A DNA stretch of 64,000 bases from Gracilinanus agilis (lineage: Eukaryota): assembly GCF_016433145.1 (NCBI RefSeq), contig NC_058134.1, forward strand, positions 73,487,547-73,551,546, written 5' to 3'. This document shows positions 49,678 to 61,099 of the stretch, in pieces. The notes beneath the pieces were generated by a model. That model did not search any database. It saw only the letters and a program-made list of their open reading frames with translations, and was not told where the DNA came from. Every line of letters begins with the position of its first letter. Position 1 is the first letter of the stretch. A program made the position numbers and the translations under genes.

Positions 49678-51130
49678 GACTTCCAGGTTAAGATGGCTGC
49701 AGAGTAGACACAGGGCTCTTAACTCTTCTTACTGAGCGATACATGATACCTCAAAAGGACACAAAAATCAAATCCAGATGAACAAAGGGACCCCACAATA
49801 GGGTGCAGCATTGAAGGTACATGGGATTTAGGCATTTCCACACTATAAGGAGGTGAAATAGCTCTCACTAAAATGCGAGCTGATCAATCTTTCCCCCCCT
49901 CACCCCACTTACAGTCCCAGAGCCAGTGCACAAGAGTTAGAGCAAGTGTGGGGCATTCACTAAGTCACTAAGTTCTTGACAACTAACTGGGATCACCAGG
50001 GGCTTGCTCCTCATAGAAGTAAGAGTTAAGACCCCAAGAGGCTAAAGAGTGCGGACTTTTGAGAGCAGACCTTGAGCGAGGTCCTTGGGTGTGGACCTAG
50101 AGTGTAGGGGTGATAGACTGTGGAAGCAGCACACTTATATTTGTAAAGGAACCTTGGGCAGAGGAGCAAGCAAGGGGACCACCAGGAGGCTTGACCCTGA
50201 GAACAGTTAGACTTGAGATCCCAGGAGCCTAAAAAATGCAGACCTTAAGTGCAAGGATAAAACTGTGGGGCGGCACTGCTCTGTGACTCAGGCAAAAACT
50301 GCTCCACAGCTCTATACACAGACAGCTTGCCCACCTCACCCAGACTTCTGACTGAGAAGGAAAAACCAACATAATAATGGCAAGCAATGTCCAAGAATAA
50401 CCAAGAGAAAAAAACAAGAGGAAAGCATTAACACTTGATAACTTTTACACAGAAAAAATCCAGACAACAGAACAGACAGCAGAAGAGGACAAACAAGGAA
50501 ACATATCTGAACCTTCCCCCCAAAATGAAAATTGGTCACAAGCTCTTGAAGACTTCAAATCTGAGATCATGAGAGAGATGGAAGAGATTTGGCAAGAAAA
50601 GTGGAAAATAGCTCAAATGGAAATTAACAGGCTAAAAAACAGAAACTCCCAATTGACGAAAGTTGTCCCAAAATCAAACGAAATGATAAGCAAATTAGAG
50701 ATCCAAATTAAACAGCAGGAAACCATGAAAAACAGGATAGACCAAATCAAAAAGGAAAACCAGTCTCTAAAGACCAGAATTGGGCAAGAAGAAGCCAATG
50801 ATCTTGCAAGACAGCAACAACTAATAAAGCAAAGTCAAAAGAATGACAAAATAGAAGGAAACATGAAATATCTTACTGAGAAAATGACAGATCAAGAAAA
50901 CAGGTCTTTAGAAGAGACAATTTGAAAATCATTGGTCTTCCTGAAAAATCAGAAATTAATAGAAATTTGGACACCATACTACAATAAATAATCCAAGAAA
51001 ACTGCTCTGATGTTATTTAACTAGAGGGCAAAATAGACATTGAAAGGATCCATAGATCACCCTCTATACTAAACCCTCAAAACTCAACCCCCAGGAATAT
51101 AATTGCCAAATTCAAGAGTTTCCAAGTTAA
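49678..51130 (+). mobile_element. L1 5' UTR plus 5' part of ORF1, 3'-truncated
   Basis: Starts gacttccaggttaagatggc. ORF1 ATG at about 50378 with coiled coil MREMEEIWQEKWKIAQ (50569-50925). Ends in ORF1 at gccaaattcaagagtttccaagttaa. Confidence 0.92.
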
Positions 51131-52200
51131 AATTTGGTCCTAAGCTTTTCACTAAGACCCCTGATGCTACCCCTTGTGCTTCATGGACAAACAGATGGAA
51201 GTCTTTGTCATAGTCTGGTATTCCTAAGGCTTGGACTGTTATTATTGATTGTTTAAGCATTGCTAGGGCTTGGAGGTGCTTGGCATTTAGTCTCAGTGGT
51301 TCTGTGACGTTATTTCTCGTAAGATCTGTCAGACATTTGGTTATCTGACTATAACCTGGGATCCATTGCCTACAGAACTCTGTTAACCCTAGAATTGCTC
51401 TTAGTTGCCATTTTTTTCTTGACACACTGAACCTTTGGATATCAGCTATCCTTTTCTTGGATATCTGCCTTGTCTCCTTCTCCAAAATGAAGCCTAGATA
51501 TTCATCTTTTGGCATTACTTATTGCAATTTTGATTTGGATACTTTATGGTCTCTTTTGTAAAGTTCACATAAAAGCTCGGTACTGTCTCTGAGACAAATT
51601 CTAGTTGTTGGACTTGTGACTTTAAATTGTTGGATTTTAAATACAGTGGATTGTAGGTCTTTCTCTAAAACTTGACAAAATATACTGCCACTTTCACGCC
51701 ATCCTTGGGGCAATTGGGACCAGGTAGTTGAGTGCCTTCCCAAGTAAATGCAAAGATATTTTGGCTTTCTTTATCTATGGGTATTGAGAAATAGGCAAAG
51801 CAGAGATCAATGACTGTATAATATTTTGATTTGCTTGGAATTTCAGCTAAAATACTTCCAGGGCTTGGAATTACAGGGTGTGACTTTATCTCAAGATCAT
51901 TTACAGCTCATAGGTCTTGCACAAATCTCCATTGTGTTTTTCCTTGACCGTTTTTGCTTTTTTGCTTGGCATTATGGATGTGTTGTATTCAGATATTGTT
52001 GGAGCCAGTATGTTTTGCTCCAGCAAACTTTTGATTATTGGAGTTGTTCCCTCTTTGGCTTCTTTGCTCAGTTGGTACCATGGTATTTGTGGTGGTGTTC
52101 TTTGCTTAGTTTTAACTTTCACTGGGGATGCAGATGTTAATACTTTGTAAGGATGATTGTTTGAGAGCTCAAGATGTTATTAGATTTTGTGAAAATAGAT
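51131..52200 (-). mobile_element. pol: ERV pol RT (right part of the split pol)
   Basis: EAKEGTTPIIKSLLEQNILAPTISEYNT, TWSQLPQGWRESGSIF, YLGFIL...QLRAILGLTEFCRQWIPGY...LGIPDYDKDFHLFVHE...SLGPNF. Confidence 0.9.
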
Positions 52201-52217
52201 AATGGAGGCACCAGGGA

Positions 52218-53600
52218 TGTTACAATAAATCTAAATATTTGTGGGTACACACGCTGTGTTGGAGGAGAGACTGGACCAGGATGGGAAGACCAGAGTTCAC
52301 TGGATTAACACAGGAATGGCAGTTGGTCTTAACTGTCACCCAGCTTTTCCTAGGCCAGAGTCTAGAAACAAGCAGGCAAGGTAAATGGTTTTAACAGGTT
52401 TAATTATGTTCAACTAAAAGGTGGGAAAGGGATTTCTATGCTTAAAACCCAATGACAAAACCACAGGGAAAGGGGAGGACTTCTCTACTCTAATCTTAGT
52501 GATCTAAGCAGACAGGGCCAAAGGAGCAGTAATGGAGTCTCTGGGAGGCTGCATCAGACCTGGTTCCAGCCAGGGTTTGACCAGCACAGTTATGGGCTGA
52601 GAGTGGCTTTGGGGTTTCTCACGGTTATCCACATATGATCTGTGGATGTCAAAAGCCAAGGTATCCAAGTAGAGAAGGTGTGCTTGAGATGCTGTCCACC
52701 AGATCCCAAACTTCTCCTCTTTCCTTGGTACTGCTCTGTTATTCTTGTACCCTTGCTAGATGCCACCACCACACAGGATCCCAGGGTGTCCTTTACTCTG
52801 AGATCTCCCAGGGCTAACCACAGTTTGTGCCAACCCCTAATGGAGTCTCTCTCAGAGCACAAGCCACTCCTTCCTGCTCCTTCATTCCATCTTGGAATGC
52901 TCCAGCTCCAGCCCTTCCTGTCCCACCTTAATACTTAATTACTACCTAATCTTCCTCACAACAGTTTAGACAGGCTTGTGAGATGAAGCCTGTCTGAGCA
53001 ACTCTCTTCACACTTACTGGAGGGAATGAAGGGGTGTTTTCTGTGACAGAACTGACAAAGATGGGCAGGTGTTAGTAACCTGGTAAGGGTTTCCTCTTCG
53101 GGGTAGTGTAGGTAGGTCCTTGGAGCTTGGCCAAATGGTTGGCCCAAGGAACCCCCTCCAGATCACAACCCCTGTCAGGTTAAGGTTGCACAGCAAGGGG
53201 CCTTGGACTGATCAAGCCTTTCCCTTGCCCTCTTCTTCCCTTAGATTCCCTATATTCCCAGGAATATCTCAATCTGCCTGCTTATAAAGGTTGTTTATTA
53301 TTTTTATGAATAAGGTGGGAGAAGTGTAGTGGAGAGAGGGGTCCCTAATTTAGCCCAAGTGACAAGGTCCTTCTTCACTGGTCAAGCCAAACAGCCAGAT
53401 CAGGAATTCTCATTCCCTCCCTTATATCTTAATCCTAAGATAATAACAGATTGATATTATTAGGGGTCTCTGTAGTAAAGTAGGTCAGATAGAGAGTCTT
53501 CATGGTTGGCCCAGTGTCCTGCCAGATTCACTGACCCTTTGGCCACTGGTATGTATATCCTAGATATATCTTTCTCCATGGTATCAGAGGAATTCATGAA
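52218..53600. mobile_element. Tract of LTR-like insertions
   Basis: TG-initiated non-coding blocks (52218, about 52977). Shares gaatggcagttggtc with about 32410. Confidence 0.45.
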
Positions 53601-53859
53601 CAACGTAGGTCTTTGGGGGTATCCAGATGTCCAAGGAAAACCTTTGGATGGCCTCTACTTGATCCTGAAGTAGGCAAGATTCCTTCCTCTCTCTTCCAAG
53701 ATCAGAGATTAAATACCCCCACCAAGGTTCTTTTCCTTTCCACAAACCTTTGCTTCTGTTTTAATCACTGCCTGTCACTCACTTGTTTTCTAAACATTCC
53801 AAACTCTGCTTTTCAAACCTGTCCTTACAAGTCCAATGTCTTTGGAATACTTATCCCAT

Positions 53860-54800
53860 ACTCCTGGAATCTCACTGGGTATTTCAAAAATTGAATTCAT
53901 TTTTTGCTGCTGTTCACCTTCCATTTGATCTAAAAATAATAATTGATAGGATTTTAGTGCATCCTTGGGAATATGAGAAAAACTTTGCCTGAAGGATCAC
54001 ACTTAACTATTGTACCAATTTTACACAGTAGGTCCCTCCCTAAGAGATTTGTTGGACATTCTGGAATCAGTAAAAAAGTGTGTTCTAGGGTCAGAGGACC
54101 CAGAGTTACCATCTTGGATTGAAGTTTTGGTACTCTGAGTTTGTCTTGTAGCTCCCATTACTTGTACTGATTGTACTATTTTACTATTCTCAGGAGATGA
54201 CTTTAAAACTGATCTCGTGCCTCTGGTGTCAAGTAGAGCTGCATAATTCTCTTCTCCTACTTTATTCATTACATGAGGTTCTTTTTTTGAAATACTTCCA
54301 CCATTGGTGTTTTGAATTTAATTTTCCCTAGATCCCAGTCACTTGCTATGTGTTTCAATATCAGCTACTGAATTTTTCCCTCTGAGCTTCACCTTGCAAC
54401 CCATATGTTGTCTTTATTGGGATTGGCTGAGTTTGGGGACTTAGGGAACTTGGGATGCTGCTTCCTTGTGGAATGACCATAGAGATTGTGAAGGCTTGAA
54501 CTCCTTGACACAGGGGTTCATTGTTGATTTCATTTTAGATCAGTGACATATCCCTCTGCTTTGTCTTCCCCTTTGTTTATGTCCCCAGGAGGTCTGCTCA
54601 TTTGTTTGGAATTGTTGGTGTCTGTTCTAACCCCTTGGTCCTTACTTTTGTTTACATAGACACCTTGCTCCACAATATTATATCTTCAATGTTAATACAA
54701 GCAGTTTCAATACATTGCTGACATGTTGTAGCATATTACAAAGCACTGATATAACAATGACATCAGTTCCATGGTTGTTATTCTTTTCCCTTATTGTATT
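53860..54800 (-). mobile_element. ERV gag end and protease remnant
   Basis: YAALLDTRGTRSVLKS (DTG-like, 54021-54269) and downstream FEIPSEIPGVWDKYSKDIGL, parallel to the linker at about 14600-14700. Confidence 0.7.
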
Positions 54801-55046
54801 TTTCAAATTAGCACAAAAAAATTTTGTGTGTATACTGGCCCTTTAAATTTTCCCAGCCTTGCAGATACCTGGCTGGATGATTGACAGGTCCTGTCACTAG
54901 GCAGATTTTACTGTTGGAAAAATTTTTTTTCAAAATGGCCACCACCTACTGTCTTTTCAGGCTTTATAGGCCCAACTGCTACCAGACCCAGAAAAAGGTT
55001 GTTTTTATCAGAAAATCTCAGATTCTTTCCATTTCTGGGTTGCAAA

Positions 55047-55315
55047 CTGAAATAGTTGATAGTTGAACTAATTAGGGAAGGGAGCTGAAGTAACTTTCTA
55101 TATGCCCAGTGATGACTGAGTTGATTAGAGACAGGAACTAGGCCCAACAGGTAAGCCTAACCTGTCGGTGATGGTATAACATAATCTGACTGATACCAAG
55201 TTGTTTTAAACAGTCTTAGATTTATTTTACTACGCAAACTCATAGGATGGGATAGTGGACCAGGGTGAAGGAGTCCCTAAATCTAATAATTTAGTTTCTC
55301 TACCAAAATCCCATT
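55047..55315. mobile_element. LTR fragment, paralog of 6225-6505
   Basis: Near-identical blocks shared with 6225-6505. Confidence 0.75.
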
Positions 55316-55399
55316 TTGTCCTCATGTACTTTCTTCATGGAAGTTGAGGCTACACTCTCTAGTCTATCTCTCTACCTAAAGAAAATCTAGCTACCTAAA

Positions 55400-56650
55400 T
55401 CCTGCCTAGCCACTAATAAATAGAAACAGCATACAGAGGCCTGAACCGAGGTGGTTGGGCTCTTCTTTATGGAGAGTCACTGTGTCTTCACAGCTCACAC
55501 TCGCACAGAGATAATTTCAGGATGGTAAAATATGCTACGGCTCTCAGAATCACAGAAGTATCTTGATAACAGGAACTTCCAAGATTTAGTCAGGAAAAAT
55601 TAGTTACCTCCCAAAGCCAGATACAAAATGGCCATAGGAACTAACCCTCTGCTCTCCTCCAGAACAACCCCAATGGTCTCTGTGTGTTGCCTTTTAAGCA
55701 GTCCTCCCATTCCAGAATAGGGTCCGTAGTGTTCTGTGCATGTGCTAGGCCCTTGCTTTGCAAAGTCTTTGCACCAGACCTTTGCAAACACTCCTACTTG
55801 CTTCTTTCCTTCTTATATAATACAAAATAATCTTAACTAAAAAATATATAAAACTAGAAAAATAGAAAAATTACAATAAAACACAATGTAGCATAAGCTT
55901 TTATTAAAAATACAATCTGACTGAAAAATGAACTTATGCAAAATGCATTTTAAAAAATTTAAGCTAAACAATTTAAAATTTAAAATAAATTCTATCTATG
56001 CTAAATACTATTGCTAATACATTCAACCAAACTCTCTACATTGAACTGTTAACTAAGCATTCTATCTTATGAATCTAATGTTTTCATATCATTTTAACTA
56101 TGCATATCCTCATTTTACATAATCTATACATATATCTACACCAGTGATGGGCAAACTTTTTAAAGAGGGGACCAAAGGAAAGGAAATGCTCATCTGTCAG
56201 TCTGTTTCTAAGGCAACTCTTTCAAAGTTTCATTGTATTGTATCCTACACATTGTGTTCATCAGATTAGGAATAATGTTTTGTGACTGGATAGAACATTT
56301 CAGGGGGCCACATCTGGCCCGCAGGCTGTAGTTTGCCCATCACTGATCTATACATATTTACTTATATCTACACATATGTAGAGACTTACAAAACTGCATT
56401 TCAGTAACTTTAGACATTGAACTTACATGTTACATACTTGTACAAGCTAAACAAACTCATATATACACATATGTACATTACTTATATTACAATTATTTTA
56501 CAAGTATGTACAGAGCTATGTACAAGCATATGAGTAATATGTAGGGTATGTATTGCATAATCCTACTCTAATTTCTGTATTGATGCATAAATGTTTCCTG
56601 ATGTTACCTAAATAGAATATCTCAATCAGACCTTTTATCTAGGTAAGACC
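55400..56650 (-). mobile_element. LTR remnant plus AT-rich ERV 3' tail
   Basis: 55400-55800 matches 5560-5817. 55800-56140 is homologous to 58900-59100 (aaacacaat.tagc...gcaaaatgca...tacattgaactg). Confidence 0.6.
56142..56345. mobile_element. hAT MITE (204 bp), same family as 48764-48968
   Basis: TIRs cagtgatgggcaaact / agtttgcccatcactg. 8-bp TSD atctacac / atctatac. Confidence 0.93.
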
Positions 56651-56699
56651 TGAAAGAAGTGGGTTTGATCACTTAAAAGGTTGGTAAGTTTTAAAGTCC

Positions 56700-58550
56700 A
56701 GTGTCTCTGTCTGTCCCAGACTGATAGGCAAAATGGCTGGCTTCAGACCTGGATATCTTAAGAACACAATTGACTTCTCTATTAAGTTGTCAAAAGGTTT
56801 AATATATTAAATAAGACAGAGAAAGGGAATAAGAAAGAAGGCCAGGGTCATTCCCTAGCACTAAAAGCTCTAATTCTCCTCCCACCAATCTACGAGGTCC
56901 ACATGGACCTCCCTTCTTTGACTTGCTGCAATCTGTCACCCTAACATCTCTAAACAGTACCCCCAAATCCCTAATATTTAGCTTCCCTGACTAAGGCTAC
57001 TCCAAAACTGTACTGGGAAAAGGTTGAATAGTTCAGTTCCACTGGATAAAGGTGGTGACCAGATGACAGAGTTATCAAGGCTTACAGGCAACTTTCTGCA
57101 GGTTTCTTGGAATATAGACAGATAAAAGTCTATGTTCAGGTTGCCTTTCTTCTCAGGAACTCAAAGGTAGCTTATAAATAAGATAAGGAACAGAAGGCAG
57201 GAACAAAGGGAGAGAGAAGTCCAGAAGCTGGAAAGCTAGAAAGCTGGAAAGCTGGAAAGCTGGTCTGATGGCTCTTCTATTCCTCTTGGGGCAGGTCAGT
57301 TAACTTCCCAGCCAGTTAACCCTCAAAGTTCTGAAGGAAACAGCAACCAACTTCCTGCTTCAGGCTTCAAGTCCTCTCTTTATTCTTTTCTCACATTATT
57401 TTGGAACACTTTTATTGGAGTTCCATCCAAGATTCATTTTTTTTGCACCCTGTATTTTTTTCAACTTGCCTTCCTCTTCCTATTTCACGGACCTTATGAA
57501 TCTAATATGTATACTTTCTTTATTACTATATTAACCAGTTCATAAATATCCATTTACCTACATGCGTATTATATCAAATACAGATCTTATAACAGATCAA
57601 ATACAGATCTTATGAAAGATGTGAGTTTGGCAACTCAGAAGGTTAGTAGTATCAGAAGTTTGTTATCTCTGTATGTCCAAGACTCAGAGGGGAATATGGC
57701 TACCCTCAGTCCTGAAACTCTCACAAATGCAATCTGACTGATGTATAGTTGACAACAAAGTGCTTAATCTTGTAAAATAAAAAGGACTGGGTAAGGAAGG
57801 AGAGCCCAGGAAAGTTCCTAAGCTAAAAGAGCTATACTCTAGAGTCTATGGAGGCTTGCAAAAGCCTGTCTTCTTTGTCTTCTAAGCTATCTATCACCCT
57901 GACCTGACCATAGTCATGCTTTTAACCCCAAATCCCTATACTAGCTTCACTAATCTATAGCCACTCCAAGACAGTTTTTTGAAATGGTGAATAGATCAGT
58001 TTGGCTGAAGGAAATTTGGTGATGATGATGAAGAAAACTTGATGGTATGGTCACCAAGGTTTGTAGGCTAAATTCTACAAGGTATTTGAGTAAAAAACAA
58101 TTCAATTGAGGTTCAAGATGAGTTTCTTTCTTCAGAGTCTCACAGTTAGATTTAAACAGATCAGGAACACACACAAGTAACCTAGGAACAAACTAGAACC
58201 AAAATCTGGAACACGCAGAAGGAACAACCAGCCGGATCAGAGTGAGGAAATAGTCCAGTAGCTGGACACTCCTCTCATAGCTCCAACTGCTACCACTTCT
58301 CCCCCCAGGGCTGGCAGTTAACTCCCAGAAGCCCCTCTCAAGGTTCTGATTGCCCAAGCACTCCTTGCTTTAACTTAAACCCCTCTCTTTTACCTGTTTA
58401 CACATTCTCTTTGGAACTCTTCTCCTTTTCATTCCAGCCAAGATCTTTTGCTTTTCACCCTGCATCTCTTTGCACTTTAACTTGTCTCATATGCCATTCT
58501 CACACTCCTCCCTTTATACAAATGGGGTTTCCATTCTGTGGACCTTAATA
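56700..58550. mobile_element. Tract of old LTRs
   Basis: 56710-57200 matches 6575-7100. About 57290-57460 and 58310-58470 are paralogous to each other. Confidence 0.55.
57225..57263. repeat. (AAAGCTGG)n, about 5 copies
   Basis: Directly visible, with one variant aaagctag. Confidence 0.9.
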
Positions 58551-59181
58551 CTTACCAGAATTTTTACTAATCTCTTATGCTACCATCTAATCCCAAAATA
58601 AATAAATACCCCCTACTCTTTCTATGCGAAACCTATTTTTAACTTTGCCTAATCTTGGGATTTCAACCAAGGAAAGAAAGAGTAAAGGTAACGATTTACA
58701 TAATTGTTACACTGCTTAACCACAACACTACATTAGTAAATTCAAAACAATTAAAAAACCATGAACATACCCTATCACTACAAAATGCAATCAAATTCAC
58801 AACTTAAACATTACCATAAACTCTTATAAACCAATTTTATATCAAAACCTTATAATACTAAACTAATACAAAAAAATCTATCCAAAAAACAAAATCATTC
58901 AAAATTTGTAGAAAAAATACTACAAAAATTTTTACAATAAACACAATTTTAGCTTAATCTGAGTAATAAAATTCTGCAAAATGCAGTTTAAAAATCTTAT
59001 CTAAACCATTCAAAATAATGTCTATTCTATATGCTATTTCTAATACATTTAACTAATGTTTACATTGAACTGAGAACTAAGCTACCTATTGTACATCCTT
59101 TTTACATATCATACAAATCCTATATATATATGTGTGTATATATCTACATATATACATTAACCCTATGTTCCTTTTAACTAT

Positions 59182-59334
59182 TGTTAGGGTCCGAAATCGC
59201 AGACCCCGAGAATGGAGACACGGAGGCAATGCAAGTTCACATGAGCTGGGGTGCTGTTGTGCAGCTCGTTCCAGGAAGGGGCCCAGAGGGGTTGTGGTTC
59301 ACTAACTGCCATGTATCCAAGTTTCAACCTTACA
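59182..59334. mobile_element. 153-bp mini solo-LTR-like insertion
   Basis: tgttagg...ccttaca termini, perfect 4-bp TSD ctat (59178-59181 and 59335-59338), five CpGs. Confidence 0.75.
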
Positions 59335-59462
59335 CTATGTTACAAGTATTTACATATATACAAATATATTTACAGATGTGTGTATATTATATATTCCATT
59401 CATTGTATATTTCATTATTATCAATTCTATCTAAACCCTGATAATATTTAAATAAAAAATTC

Positions 59463-60382
59463 TATAAGAAGTGGCGAGTTTAGGAGGATGGGGATATAGT
59501 TGGTAACCCCCTGGTTGATGTATAAGGGTCACTTCTCCCTCACAGCCACCCTTCCTTTCTAGGGAGACAAAATGGGGTTTCTTGAAAAATGGGGCTCCCT
59601 TAGATGATCGTGCTGTGGCAGGGTAGTTAGAGGAATGTGTTCTCTATAAGGGGAAATAAGTGTAACCCCAATACAATGTTCATGCCAAGCTGTATACACT
59701 GAAGCCTCCCCTGATATCCCCAACAGGAATCAGATTCAAAATGGAAGTCTGTTCTCCTTCCTTCCTCAACCCACTGTTCTGACTCCCACCAATATATTTA
59801 CATGGATCTGACTAAAAGAAACTGATAAGAGTTTTATTTCAGGAACAAAGATGAGGGTGTCAGGGAAAGGGGGTACAGGTGATTTCCTAAAACCCCTTTC
59901 AGTCCTTGACTAGGCAAGGTACCCACAGATATTCTTTGTTCCTCAAATCCAAGCTTCTCTGATCCAATCCCAAATGATACTCCTATAATTAGAATTATTG
60001 CTAATTAAGGGGGAATATAGAAAGGCAATGTTCAAGACAAGTTTTGTGGGTCCCTGGGGTTGGCTCCCCACAGAAGTCTAGACCCCCTGGACAAACAGAA
60101 GAAACTGTTGTTATATATTCTCCAATGTGATCAGGAACTGATAGAGATCAAGTGGAATGATTTATCTTCACTGAAGGTCTCAGAAAACCCTCCAGATTTC
60201 ACTTTGTAGGTCCCACAGACCTGCAAATCTATCTTCTGTCCTGGGCTGTCAACCCCAAAGCTTGAGTGATCGGTTTGTTCTTCTCCCAGAAGTCTTCACA
60301 TCAGGCCAACTGACATTCTCTCTCCATATTCTGTGTTCCATCTGTTAGTTCCAAAAATGTATGGCTTGCCTTGCTTCTTACA
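59463..60382 (-). mobile_element. Solo LTR (920 bp) with 4-bp TSD
   Basis: t(a)taagaag...cttaca. TSD attc at 59459-59462 and 60383-60386. Paralog of 26276-27131. Confidence 0.87.
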
Positions 60383-61099
60383 ATTCCAAACACACTTTCC
60401 ATTTAGTTATTACCTCATTAATCGAATCACTAACTATTCTTATAATGTCAGTTCTTTTCCATCAAAAAGACCTCCATTTATCTAAATGGGGTCTGAAAAC
60501 ATAGGGACAGTATGTAATTTATGGAATATGTAACCTAAATATGTGTAGTGTTATATGCATTATATTCACTGTCTCTTCAGAGTTCCTCTTGCCGTTTTGA
60601 CTGATGGCTCTCTTCTGTTCTTCCATGTATGTTTGTGTTGGATGCAACTAAAATTTGAACATGTATTTGTGTTTTACGGTCCATCTTATCTTACAAACCA
60701 TCCAGTTCACATTTGTTCCTCTTCTTATTTACAAGTTCTCATTTGTATCTTTCTCCTTCTCCTCTCCTGCTCTAAATCTTGCTGTTCCTGCTTTTCCTCT
60801 GGATTGCTTTTATTCTTCCACTGCAAAGCTCCCTCTTGAACTTTTTGCTGGATGGATCTCGTATTGCCTGATTATCTTTCAGCTTTCTTCTTCTTCTAAA
60901 TATTAATTTTCATTCTCATCTCCTCATCTCCTTCTCCTAAACCTCTTTCTGTCTCAATTTCTTCTTCATTCTCATTCTCATTATTATTTTCACTCTGATT
61001 TGGGCTACTTCTGTTTGATTGGCTAATTTTAATATGGGAAAGTGCACCCATGTATGTTTTTCAAGAACTTTTATAGCTGAAGGACCAGTCAGAATAACT

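Noticed and set aside
6225-55315. The paralogous LTRs at 6225-6505 and 55047-55315 as the two ends of a giant outer provirus or a segmental duplication
   Set aside because: No matching TSD at the outer flanks, and the neighbouring elements occur in a different order at the two sites.
58965-58995. Conserved splice acceptor (ctgcattttgcag on the minus strand) in the ERV tails
   Set aside because: The AG is not retained in the homologous blocks at about 29425, 35305 and 55940.
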